A stretch of 62,993 bases of DNA, the filler included, from Cladosporium halotolerans (Eukaryota): assembly GCF_011745625.1 (NCBI RefSeq). It is 22 parts of 22 records of this genome, joined end to end, with 100 filler letters (N's around TTAATTAATTAA, not from the genome) between each part and the next. Parts side by side here need not be neighbours in the genome. Positions count along the whole stretch, not along the records: positions 9,087 to 11,975 come from NW_027191740.1; positions 12,076 to 14,954 come from NW_027191741.1; positions 15,055 to 17,918 come from NW_027191742.1; positions 18,019 to 20,823 come from NW_027191743.1; positions 20,924 to 23,724 come from NW_027191744.1; 17 more parts are not named here. One strand, given 5' to 3'. Below the pieces are notes generated by a model. It was not told where the DNA came from and ran no database searches. It saw only the letters and a list, made by a program, of their open reading frames with translations. Shown piece after piece: positions 10,179-21,095 of this stretch (the stretch's first letter is position 1; each line of letters starts with the position of its first letter). Position numbers and translations under genes: made by a program.

Positions 10179-10850
10179 ACGTAAATTACCCGAAGTTTGC
10201 GCAGACCCAAAGTATGCGCACAAAATCCGACTTGTGAACTTCAAGGTCGTCGCATTGGACGAGCTACAACGATCACACTACCTTCGGACTCCATCTCCGA
10301 GTCTTCTATATACACATCGTCATCTGACAGAATTTCGGTGGCCTGTACAGTATCTTTGACCTTTGCACGTCGCTTCTTCTTCCCAGATGTACTTTCAGCT
10401 TCCATCGTGATCTTCAAGATTTCTTCTGGTGTCGAGAACACGAATTTGTTCTGTAACATAACCCTTTCGCCCGTTTTTCGTTTCTTACGCGCCTCTAGCC
10501 ATTGCCTCTGGGCATTCCGCTCTTGTACAATGGTTACCATCTCCGTGTGACGCCGTTCAAATCCCCGGACCGTGCGGCTCGTGTAACGCTTCGTCCGCGG
10601 CGTGAGGTCACTGGCGCCGTTGATGTTACGCATGAGCAGCGCATTTGCTTGTCGTAGTTCGGTGCCATCTGGTGGAGAACTGTCAAGTACTGAGGCGTCG
10701 AGATTGACTTCTGCAGACGAGCCATTGTTCGATTCGGTTACGGATGTCGACTCACAGGAATGTCCCACTTTTTCGAGAATCATATCAGGATACAGTGGAT
10801 ACAGACCAGTTGCGCGCCATCCATTACAGATGTTAGATGCCGATCGTGTT
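10179..10850 (-). mobile_element. Fot1/pogo element 3' end: TIR plus truncated transposase C-terminus (stop at 10241)
   Basis: TA|ACGTAAATTACCCGAAGTTTGCGCAGACCCAAAGTATGCGCACAAAATCCGACT TIR, matching 26801-26854. The protein SNICNGWRATGLYP...RKKRKTG is typical of fungal pogo transposases. The DDE core is missing. Confidence 0.85.
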
Positions 10851-12083
10851 TTCGTGCCCAGGCCATGCACTTTTGGCCCTTTCCCAAATCCGACAATCTA
10901 ATCTCCGTACACGTGCTGAATGCGATGACGTTGGTGTCGTCTACGAAGTCGTCGCAGAGGCGGCTTGTCCCTCGATTGGGCACAAAGCTTGCATCTTTGA
11001 CGGATCCGGCGAGTGGCGGTCTGCCTCATCCAACAATGAGTTTTGTCGTCGCAATAATTCCTGCGCTAGCGGACTACCCCTCAGCCGTCGCGTGCGGCCT
11101 CTGCACCGCAACGAAGCGTAAGTCGGCGACCCTCGCCGGCACGCCAGCGAGCTGCACATACGGCGCTGGTCGTAGAGTACGTATGAGTCGACAGTGTCCT
11201 GTCTCTTGCCTAGCTCGCTTGCACATCCACTGGGCTTCTTGTCTTCCAAGTGTCCCTATCTCCGTCCATCTTTTTCAATCAACCAAGCGGCGGGCGCTAG
11301 GGGCAATAAGCGCTGGGCCGACCTCGGGCCCAAGACGACGGTTTTTAGTAGGCAACAGTCAGATAATATCCTGACGGCCATAGTACCTAGTCCGTGGAAT
11401 TTCTTGACCTTGTTCGACAATGTTCGTTCTGTCTCTCCAGGTCAGCTTGCTTCCCAGATATGACTCTTACCTCTACCAGGGTGCGCCACCCAGTAAGAGA
11501 GGCAAACCCACCGACAGGCGAGACTTTCCGAGCTTCCGCGTAGTACCCCAGTGCTAAAGAGATAGATGTATGTGGTAGATGGCACTTGTGGCTGAAGTCG
11601 TCACCATTCACGCTGCGCTCCGCCGCCTTCACCCAAAAGGCGCGCTGCCGTGGCTGGAGCTTTTGGCACGTTCGCACCTTCGTCCAAGACGAGAAGTATC
11701 ACGTGTCTTCGTCTGCGAAGGACTAGAAGAAAGAGTGGGCTTGTCTGCGTCCCTCGCTACCCTACGCACTATACTGTATTTGGCTCCTGGGAGGAAGCGG
11801 GGGCTGGGAGGGCGAATTCTCCCTCCCGTTGCTGCTGACTGTGCCGAAAGACTCAAAAGGAGTGCCCTCCGAGACTTAGAAGTCTTCCCTGACTCGTGCA
11901 CATCCCTGGCTCGTGCACACTGCTTTCGCGTCGTGACCATCACCTTCGCACTATTACATCTTGACGTAAACACATNNNNNNNNNNNNNNNNNNNNNNNNN
12001 NNNNNNNNNNNNNNNNNNNTTAATTAATTAANNNNNNNNNNNNNNNNNNNNNNNNNNNNNNNNNNNNNNNNNNNNTCGAAGCG

Positions 12084-12200
12084 GAGCGTTACAATTCGAG
12101 GCCGGAATAGGAAATCCCCGCCAAGAGCGTTACAATTCCCGCTGAAAAGGGGAGTCGCTTTGGGGTAGAACTATAACAGTATTATAGGCAACTATAATAC
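12084..12200. repeat. Two 14-bp direct repeats and a perfect 9-bp hairpin upstream of a large ORF
   Basis: GAGCGTTACAATTC at 12084-12097 and 12125-12138; GTATTATAG-GCAA-CTATAATAC at 12179-12200. Confidence 0.85.
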
Positions 12201-12245
12201 ATTCCGTCCAAACCTTATTCTGAAGTGCCTATCACAGCAACAAAA

Positions 12246-14954
12246 ATGGCATCCAAACGTGGCCGGCCAGTCCTTGACGACAGCGGAGATGCTGCTGTTG
12301 AGCGCCGGCGCATGCAAACACGGGAGCGCGTACGTCAGCTCCGTCAAAGGCAACGAGAAGAACATAATAGAACGACGGCAAGATCCGCCGAGCAACTCGA
12401 ACAAGGCGAACAGATAATAAATCTTACAACCTCCGCCGAAGAAAATGCTGCAGCAACATTATTGCAACTTGGGCTCCGTGTCCACGGAATGAGCCTTCCA
12501 CAAAATTCCGCCGAAGTAGACTGCAACAGAACGCGACAGATGTCGACGAACAACACGATATGTACCAAGAAGAAGAAAGAGCCCGGGACGATATACCGCG
12601 TCAGATAAATTTACCGGAGGGATTCTTCAAGCGATTTGCTGCAGGGCCGAGTCGAGCGCCAAAGGACGCTTCTCGGAATCGATCCTTACTCACAGGACAT
12701 TTCCAGTCGCTCCCAGCAAGGGCCGCCACAGACAACGGAAGGACACGACGTGTGAGTAGTAGTAACCTTAACGGGCCTTTACTACCTTCTCCCATTGCTG
12801 GACCAAGTAGAGCACATTCACAGCCTGAGTCGTACGATGATGTACATTCCGCAGAGAACCAAGAGGGGCCTACAGATACCCAGCAAGAGCAAGCGGGCAG
12901 AGACGAAGGCTTCGTGGACAATGCCATGAGCGACATAGAACATGACTGGAATATCAACCCTCCGGTAGAAGAATTGAGTGATCGCCCGGGCGGAAGCGAG
13001 GATCTCCTAGGCCAAGAGCAGCTTCGTAGCCCAGAGCACAACCGCAGTGACAGTGAATCCCACGTCAGTTTCCAATCGGAGCATTCGCCCTTGCATGGTG
13101 AAGATAGTGAGGATGATGAAGCCACACCCCTTGAGTTCGTGGTCCAGAAGCTTTACGAGGAACTAGTGCACGGTTTCCACGGCTGCACAGAGGAAGAGCA
13201 CGATGAACACCGCAGGCGACATTTGATCGACGTAGGCGATAACCACCACAGCCTTGCAGAGATGTTCAACGACGATACCTTCCCATCTGTGCTGGGTTTG
13301 CAGGAAATGATCACACCCGAGCGTCTCGCTCGGGAGAGGAGGCCGTCAGCTGACCAGTGGAAGTCCATATTCTGTGGCATACCGACCCACGGCCGACAGC
13401 GCTATCCCATCAACTTATGCTTACACGAAGAGCAGAGTCGCGCGACCGACGCCGATGTAGCATTCGACATCGACAGTTTCCTTGGTTTCGCGACGTCGCT
13501 TGCGTTCGCGAAGAAAGGCCTGTGGTCCCAGATCGCGCCGCAAACCAGGCAGAACATCAATGCAGATGTACACATCCGCGACCGCATGTTTACCCCAAAT
13601 GTAGACCCCGAGAGAGCCGACCACTCCAGGCTTGCGATGCTACAGCGCATCCCACACTTCATGCTCGGCCGCATCGAAGGTGCCCACGACATCACCGTCT
13701 ACGTCTTATTCCCACACATTCCGGTACTCGGGGAGAAGTTCAAGTCTCTCAACAAGGAACAGCTCTCCCGATGGGCGGACCGAATATATCTTCCGGCCCT
13801 GCACAAGTTCTACAAGGCTCACTACACGCAGCACATTCCAGCAAGCTTTCAGACGGCCTCCGACAACTCACGAGCGCACAACGTCGAGACCCGACAAGTC
13901 GGAGGGCAGAGCTACAAAGCCAAGCGTGCTGTAGGGTACCACCTTCAACCGGAGTACTTGGATCACGTCTGGGATGATGTATTGACAACGATCGCAACCG
14001 TCCCAGGCCTGGCAGATTTCAGAGACCCCCAGATATTTTTTTCGTCAAAGGGCACGAAGTTGCGGTTCAAGACCAGCGATACTCGACCAAGTCTCGGCGA
14101 CGTAATGCAATACTTTGAAACATTCCTCGAGGACTGTCTCGACCTCGACTTTGTTGAGCTGGACAGGCTCTATGTCGACATCGGGAAAGAGATCTGTCCT
14201 CAAAGTAGTCTGATCATGGGACAGCAGCGACACCTGGATGATGAACCTCAAGTGTATGCTTGGAAGCGATGTTGCCAGGAAAAGTACATGAAATGGATGT
14301 ACGATGATCGTCCTCCGATCCAAGGCGAAGGACAGCGGTACTACACGCAAAACATGCTCTACGACACAGGTTCCCTGACGAGCGTCACCCCAAAGAAGTC
14401 GAGGCACAGAGAGGGAGGCCTCATATACAGCCAGTTCTACAACTCCGTCAAGGAGATCTACGACGCCAACAAGTGCTTCCCGTTCGCGAACGACGCTATG
14501 GAAGAGCTCGCCCTAGACCCCAACATCCGGAACGCAACAAGGAACATACTTGGAGGGGGCCGTCGAGACGCGAAAACCGTCGAGGTGGGGTACTTGGCAA
14601 GTAAGCAACGGACCCATCGTGCACTACGAGACGCACGACAGAAGTCGTACGGCATCCGCGAGGAGCACCGCGTCACGTGGGCTGTGTTTCAGGGAATACG
14701 GGATCGCTTCCGTATCGAGGGCACAAGACAGCCAGTGATGCTTCTGGACGAATGCCCTTCTTACTCATGGGCAATCAGAACTGAAGTGTACGTCGACTTC
14801 TTGTGGCGCAGTGTGGACAAATTCGCCGCCGGATTCGAGATTGTCAAAGCCCGCAGCCGTAAGGACTTCACCACCTGGGAGCAAACGAAAATGATGGCGA
14901 TGTTTTTGCGCTGTCTCAGATACGTGTGTGGAGGCCACTTGCTTGAACAGGAGG
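12246..14954 (+). CDS. Large uncharacterised protein (>900 aa, 3'-truncated, one apparent frameshift near 12515); possibly from a mobile element
   Basis: ATG at 12246 (MASKRGRP, then a charged helix) shifts into the >800-codon frame. The globular region contains FDIDSF, IPHFMLG, RLYVDIGKE, YSQFYNSVKE, FPFAN..EELALDP and SYGIREEHR. No introns seen. Confidence 0.75.
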
Positions 14955-15056
14955 NNNNNNNNNNNNNNNNNNNNNNNNNNNNNNNNNNNNNNNNNNNNTT
15001 AATTAATTAANNNNNNNNNNNNNNNNNNNNNNNNNNNNNNNNNNNNNNNNNNNNGA

Positions 15057-17018
15057 GGGAGGCCGGCAAAGTATGCCACCCCAGAAGATAAAGCACGTGC
15101 GGACGTTGAGCGTAGGCGAGAGCTTCGTCGAAAGGAAGCCCACGAGCGACGCGAACGGTTGCACGCGCAGTTCTATGGGGTCGAGTACACGCCACCTGCG
15201 GATAGTAAAAAGGGGTCGCGACTCGAGATAATCATAGAAAATCCTGGGGGATTGAAGAAGACGGAGCGCTTTGACGAAGACTCTCCCGCAGACGCGCCCA
15301 AAACATTGAAACACAACGGTATCGACGGCCATGACAACGAACATAAGCCACAAGCGAGACGCAGTGCCGCTCCGCCAGAGCCAAAGCTATGTGGGGAACA
15401 GCTACGGGTAGCCGATCTGGTGGCCTGGGGCGACAACGTTTTCTACACAGGCGGGGCAGGGACGGGCAAGTCAACGGTCCTACGAGCAATCGTGAAGGAG
15501 CTGCGCGAACAGGGTCGAGGAGTTCAAGTCGTGACGCCCACGGGTATCTCTGCGCTCAACGTCGGTGGTAGCACATACTTCACATGGGCTGGCTGGAACC
15601 CCAGTGTCGCGAAGAAATCCATCAAGGAGATCAGGGCTCTAGCCATGTCTAAAGAGCGCCGGCAGAGAATCGTGGACACGGACGTGCTCATCATTGACGA
15701 GATCAGTATGGTCGAATCCAACCAGTTCCGACGCTTGGATCAGGTCTGTCGCGAAGCACGCCAAAGACACGATCGGCCGTTCGGCGGAATGCAAGTGGTG
15801 GTCACAGGCGACTTCTACCAACTGCCACCAGTCAAGCCGTTTCAAACTTGCTTCGACTGTGGGGTTGAGCTGATGACAAGAGCGCTCTGCCACGAGTGTC
15901 AGATGTCGATCGGAGAGGGAGAAGAAATGCATCAGTCATCAATGTCCAGACCGCGCAAGGACTGCCGGCGGTGCGGCGCGGAGCTCAAGAAGCAGATGGA
16001 CTGTCCAAGTTGCAAGGGCGCTTTCGAGGACGACGATCAATGGCCGTTCCGTAGCAACGCGTGGCGAGATTGTGGCTTTCAAGCCGTCTCACTGACGGAG
16101 GTACACCGACAGAGCGATCCGACTTTCGTCGGCATACTGAACACTCTTCGAGTCGGTAGCAAGCTAAACAGATACCAGCTGTCGCTTTTGGACGACCGAG
16201 AAAGCGACGTTGGCGAGGCGGTCGAGCTTTCTCCCGTGCGCAGAGAAGTCGACCAAAAAAACCGGAAAGGCTTCGACGCGATCAGAGGCCCGGTCCGCAC
16301 GTACAAATGCCAGGACTACGTCCACATTCAGGCGAAGCACCCTCATCTCGAAAGTAAAAAGCAGCGGGACGGCGACGGCAACTTGGTAGGCTGCCAGGAT
16401 CATCGCTTCCCGCCGCTGCTGGAGACCAAGCTCGGCATGCCGGTCATTCTTCTGGCAAACATCAATCCAGAAGCCGGGCTGGTGAACGGTAGCCAAGGTC
16501 GTATTGTGGGGTACTCGCCACACGAGCCGCTCATGCAGGCAAGACAACGAAGGTTGCAAGCATCTGGTGAGTTTGGACATTTGGAAGAGCACCAGATCGT
16601 CTGTTGGATGGAGCAGCAGACACCCGATTTTCCATTGCCCATAGTCGAGTTCGAGAACGGGGAACAGTGCCCGGTGTATCCAGTCTGTCAAGATACCGAG
16701 CTGGGCGACCCACCACCGTTCAGCGTGGTAGCGCGGACGCAGATTCCATTGCTTCCGGCTTGGGCGATAACAATCCACAAGTCGCAAGGCATGACGTTGG
16801 AGAAAGTAGTGGTGAATCTCGATCACATATTCGAGCCGCAGATGGCGTATGTGGCATTGTCTCGAGCCCGCAGTCTGAAAGGGCTCAAAGTAGTGAGCCG
16901 CGTCGGCTTGCAGGCGCTACAGGAGCGAGGCATTTTGGGCGGTGGCAGTCTCGTGGTGAGGACATTCATGGAGGAGACATTCGGTCGATCGGAACCGGCT
17001 AGGCGATCTATAAGATGA
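15057..17018 (+). CDS. PIF1-family SF1B DNA helicase, 5'-truncated, intronless
   Basis: Walker A GGAGTGKS, Walker B IIDEISM, PFGGMQVVVTGDFYQLPPV, VHRQ, GLVNGSQG, RTQIPLLPAWAITIHKSQGMTL and YVALSRA. The frame is open from the contig start (GRPAKYATPEDK...). Confidence 0.95.
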   Translation, partial: GRPAKYATPEDKARADVERRRELRRKEAHERRERLHAQFYGVEYTPPADSKKGSRLEIIIENPGGLKKTERFDEDSPADAPKTLKHNGIDGHDNEHKPQARRSAAPPEPKLCGEQLRVADLVAWGDNVFYTGGAGTGKSTVLRAIVKELREQGRGVQVVTPTGISALNVGGSTYFTWAGWNPSVAKKSIKEIRALAMSKERRQRIVDTDVLIIDEISMVESNQFRRLDQVCREARQRHDRPFGGMQVVVTGDFYQLPPVKPFQTCFDCGVELMTRALCHECQMSIGEGEEMHQSSMSRPRKDCRRCGAELKKQMDCPSCKGAFEDDDQWPFRSNAWRDCGFQAVSLTEVHRQSDPTFVGILNTLRVGSKLNRYQLSLLDDRESDVGEAVELSPVRREVDQKNRKGFDAIRGPVRTYKCQDYVHIQAKHPHLESKKQRDGDGNLVGCQDHRFPPLLETKLGMPVILLANINPEAGLVNGSQGRIVGYSPHEPLMQARQRRLQASGEFGHLEEHQIVCWMEQQTPDFPLPIVEFENGEQCPVYPVCQDTELGDPPPFSVVARTQIPLLPAWAITIHKSQGMTLEKVVVNLDHIFEPQMAYVALSRARSLKGLKVVSRVGLQALQERGILGGGSLVVRTFMEETFGRSEPARRSIR

Positions 17019-17402
17019 AATCAACAGGCGTGCAACGAGCGTCGCGAGGGCGACCCGTAGTATTCCAACCATTCTGCAGTAACGTGAAGTAATATGAGGG
17101 CCAGCAGCCCAGCTCGACAGCCCAGCACAACCCCTCCGCATGTTGCATAAGTAAGAGCATACGAGGACCAGCAGGCGGACGCCCGTCCACGATCCGGGAA
17201 GACCCCACCACGCAATGCATGTCGAGAGGCGCGTGCGCGAGCGTGCACACGACGATATGACGCAGAAGTGCGCCGGGTTCGACCGCCGCATAAACAAGGG
17301 ACTGATATAGGGTGAAAAGCGGCCGAGGCGGCGGAAGAGAGCTCAAGCAGGAGGCCAGCTTGCACTTGGTACCGACGGCTGATCGCAGGCAGACGCTCGA
17401 AA

Positions 17403-17918
17403 ATGGCCGGATCTGTCAAACCACAACTCGTGAGGGAAGCCGACATCAAGGTCACGATCGAGGCCGAGATCGAAAGATTATGGGAGAAGAGGGGCAAGCT
17501 GGCGGCGAAGATCGCGCGGAAGGAGGAGATGTTGCACAACGTGCAGGAACTTCTGAGCAGCGACAGGCTCATAGCTTCCACAGCATGGATGCTCGAGGGC
17601 GAGAGGAAAGAGATGAAGGAAGGGGTTGAGAGGATTCGGATGCAAGTCTCGAGTATCGACCGAACGATTCTGTCACTGGAAAGCGAAGCAGACTGCGCAG
17701 AAGACCCAGCTGGATACCGAGAGTCCGAGTGCACCGCATCGCAACGAGTGGAGCGAATCGAACTAGAGGAAGCCAAGGATGGACAAGACGAAACGATGGA
17801 GGCGTCCGACGAGACGACGGATTCAAGGCCGAAGGAGAACGAAGATGTCATCTTCGATGTTCTACTATGCCACAAACAAAGAATTTTGGACGAGTGGGAC
17901 GAGCCATCAGACAGATGG
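17403..17918 (+). CDS. Hypothetical coiled-coil/acidic protein, 3'-truncated
   Basis: E/K/R-rich helical-looking ORF that runs off the contig end. Confidence 0.3.
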
Positions 17919-18018
17919 NNNNNNNNNNNNNNNNNNNNNNNNNNNNNNNNNNNNNNNNNNNNTTAATTAATTAANNNNNNNNNNNNNNNNNNNNNNNNNN
18001 NNNNNNNNNNNNNNNNNN

Positions 18019-18115
18019 CATTCCCAGACATCCATGTTCATATCATGTCGGAATGATGAACATGACATGACGTAATGAACATAATGAACATAATGGACTG
18101 TCGGTGTACTCTCTG
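18019..18115 (-). mobile_element. hAT-like terminus (same TIR as 60170)
   Basis: The reverse complement of 18096-18115 is CAGAGAGTACACCGACAGTC, identical to 60170-60189. CATG/ATGAAC subterminal repeats. Confidence 0.8.
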
Positions 18116-18300
18116 GGATGTTGATACTCAGTTCCATTGATTGATCATCATATTGATTTGGCGAGCTCCATCAAACACTTGAGTGATATCATAGGGTGAT
18201 AATTGAACATAGTCATCATTGCTGACATAGGAAGCAATGTAACACTCGAAAGTGTAGTCTCGACTCGCTACTGAAGTCATCCCACACGCCTGTCAACTCA

Positions 18301-19005
18301 TCAAGCGTCTTGTCGTGATTGCTGCTTATTGAACAGAAGCGTGAAGGTAACCAGAAGCTTCACCGCCGCTGACAATATTAAGGTGTTGGCCGAGCCAACT
18401 GTCTTGTACATGAATGCACCAGCGAAACTCCCCCCTATCAAGGTGGTAAGAAATAGTGCTCGGCGGTTCCTTGGCCGGTTATTCGATGATAACAACATTG
18501 GGTCAATGACGAAGTCAACCCAGGCTGCGGTGGCCATTGCAGTAGTGATCTCCTGAATTCGCATTGGTCGCATTGATGCCACCTGTGCGCCTGAAGAAAA
18601 TGCTAGCAGTGCAATAGATCCCATGGCGAAAGGGCCAGTCCCCTGGCCACCACTTACACCCTGGACGGCGGCCGCGCCGAAGACCATAAGAGTTTGCGCG
18701 AGGTGTGTAGCGAGTAGCCAGTCCCTACGACTTGGGCCGATGACATTGGCAATCTGGCCTGTTATTGTGGCACCCGCGACGAACGTGGCTAGACTGATGC
18801 CAATGTTGGGCAGGCTGAATTGGTCGCCACCGAGTCCGGCTGCCCCCACGGCCAGGACGACTGTGTTTCCTGTCTGGTTTGAAGCAAAGCACTTGAAATC
18901 CGGAAAGGCGATTGCGTCTTGGACGCCAATGCTGAACGTCAACAAGAGAAGTTGAAGCTCGATGAACAAGTCGACACGAAGCGTTGCCGCAAGATACGTC
19001 CTCAT
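18301..19005 (-). CDS. DUF1275 (YoaK-like) membrane protein
   Basis: LTFSIGVQDAIAF...FASNQTGNTV, LAFSSGAQV, ITTAMAT, RNRR..F...GG..GA; several hydrophobic helices. Confidence 0.88.
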   Translation of the reverse strand: MRTYLAATLRVDLFIELQLLLLTFSIGVQDAIAFPDFKCFASNQTGNTVVLAVGAAGLGGDQFSLPNIGISLATFVAGATITGQIANVIGPSRRDWLLATHLAQTLMVFGAAAVQGVSGGQGTGPFAMGSIALLAFSSGAQVASMRPMRIQEITTAMATAAWVDFVIDPMLLSSNNRPRNRRALFLTTLIGGSFAGAFMYKTVGSANTLILSAAVKLLVTFTLLFNKQQSRQDA

Positions 19006-19566
19006 CTTTGAACGTAGAGATCCTTGCGTGTTATATGCTGCGACATGTTAATGCTTGGTCCATCTCATCATTGGAAGCGTACACATACCTCCTGTGAGTT
19101 ACTTTCTACTCGCCTTGGGAGCGGCTTTTGCTGCCTTCAGAATAGCCACAAGTCGCACGACGCTACCCTCACTCTCAGAGAAATCCACTTTGTAGGCGTC
19201 AATCTTATCTGAAACAAGGGGGTGACACGGACACCTCGAAATTGATCCCCGTGCGGTGAGGTCGGAGAAGTGGGGACCCCGGTGACCTCGGCGACCTCGA
19301 GCTGATGCGCAGGTCTCGGGAGACTAGCAGTCTCAGCTCCCCTAATACTGACCGCCAATGTTTTGGGGACGAAGACGGCGTTCACAACGCTTGATAGGGT
19401 CAAGCATTTACGGGCTCACGGGAATGGCGATCCTCCGCTTCGGCGGCTTCAACGGCGTCACGCAAGAATGACGTCTGTGTGTCAGCGTATCTGTGTCGGG
19501 GCCATCTGCACAAAGCCCCCCGATCGCTCGTCTCGCTGTCAACCAGTCCCAGTGCCGTTCGCGAAC

Positions 19567-20531
19567 ATGTTGCTTTTCCTGCTACCAACTCTGGCGTGCG
19601 GGCTCACGTTGTCGCACGCTGATCGTCGTGCATACGACCGCCACTTTGCGCCAAACTATATCTTTCGGGCGACATCTCAGAACATCACCGTTGGTTGTCA
19701 GTCTCGCACTTCCGTTGTGATCAATGGGAGTGGCCCTGGTCCAACAATTTGGCTGCGAGAAGGCGAAATGCACTGGATTCGGGGGTACAACAATATCCTC
19801 GATCAAAACTTTACGATCCACTGGCATGGGCTCTACCAGCGTTCAACCCCGTTCTCGGACGGCACGCCCCAAGTTTTCCAATGGCCCATTACAACCGGAC
19901 AATTTTTCGACTATGAAGCTGGGTAGGGTTGGAGAAACGAGAACGCCGTCAAGATTGGTTTGTATATGCATTGCTGCAGTACGATAATTCAGATGTAGGC
20001 GGCCCGCAAGAAATCCCCTATACATCACCTATACCTCTACCAACGACAGTGTGTGACTCGAATATGCCTTCCAGCCGTTGGCATCATCGTTGGTTAACGA
20101 TTTCCCTCGCTTTTCAACAAGGACCTTGAGGATCCAAGTGACTCAGCAGGGTCTTTGAATGGCAGCGATTTTTCGATCACGGCGAAGTGGGAGCTGAACA
20201 ACAACTCTTGGACTGAAGACGTTCCTCAAACCCCATACCTTGTCGATCTCTATAAGCATGGCGACGCCGCCATGTCAAATTACGAAGCTGCCTTGGCCAA
20301 CGGAGGATGGGACCAGCGAACCGAATATTTCCTGCCAGGGTTGGAGAGGTCATTGACATCATCTGGGAGAACAGCAACATTCCGACGCCTCAGTATCACA
20401 CCCATCCCTTACATGTTCACGGCAGCCACGTATGGGACATTGGCAGCGGGAATGGAACTTATGACGCGACGAGCAATATAAAGAAGTCGGAGGGATATAC
20501 ACTAATGAAGAGGGATACGACCTTATTATAA
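19567..20531 (+). pseudogene. Multicopper oxidase (ascorbate oxidase/laccase-like) pseudogene
   Basis: Signal peptide, INGSGPGP, TIHWHG and DGTP...QWPI, then a stop at 19926. The middle domain is missing, and a frameshifted HPLHVHG...KRDT segment follows. The final HCH copper motif is absent. Confidence 0.88.
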
Positions 20532-20596
20532 CGTACCTATAGGGGAAGTGGACTAGTAGGGAAAGTGGACCACTTCTAAGGGGTGCGGAGTGGCAA

Positions 20597-20823
20597 ATGG
20601 TGACGAGAGGGAAGGCGAAGGCGGGAGGGGCGAAGAGAACGACGATGAGGGTCATACCGAGTGTGATGAAGGGTGGAGGGGCCTCGCAGCAGGCCATGCC
20701 CGGCTTTGAGGCCGCATCGACTGAGGCGCGTAAGAGAAAGGCTGAGGATAGCGTCAACGACAAGCTCGCAGTGATGGCAGAGACCATCGCCCAGCTGGTG
20801 GCAGCTCAGAAGCAAGCGGCAGA
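20597..20823 (+). mobile_element. Probable LINE ORF1 (gag) N-terminus
   Basis: A basic start MVTRGKAK...RKRKAE leads into a coiled coil. It follows an abrupt break in the oxidase gene and runs off the contig. Confidence 0.45.
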
Positions 20824-20923
20824 NNNNNNNNNNNNNNNNNNNNNNNNNNNNNNNNNNNNNNNNNNNNTTAATTAATTAANNNNNNNNNNNNNNNNNNNNN
20901 NNNNNNNNNNNNNNNNNNNNNNN

Positions 20924-21065
20924 CAGGCCCCGCAACAGCCAACTATTGGTTGGTTGATAACATTCTCATGGTTGGTTGATGTGATACAGTCTGATCAACC
21001 CAAATGGTTGGTCGATGAGGTATCCATCAACCAACCATCAGGGGTTGATGAAGGGTTGATGAGGA
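20924..21065. mobile_element. 3' terminus and subterminal repeats of the hAT element
   Basis: The contig starts CAGGCCCCGCAACAGCC. Many GGTTGAT/ATCAACC motifs occur in both orientations just downstream of the transposase stop. Confidence 0.8.
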
Positions 21066-21095
21066 ATCGTCTGAACGAGGCGGTTTGGAAATGTG

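Noticed and set aside
12246..17018. Orphan ORF plus PIF1 as one Helitron-like Rep-helicase unit
   Set aside because: A linker separates them and their order comes from length sorting. The first ORF has no HUH/Y2 motifs. Kept only as a hypothesis to test.
17021..17875. 284-aa Ser-rich minus-strand ORF and similar long antisense ORFs (e.g. 43713-44549, 41161-41970, 16164-16826)
   Set aside because: They are antisense shadows of real or likely coding sequence in GC-rich DNA.
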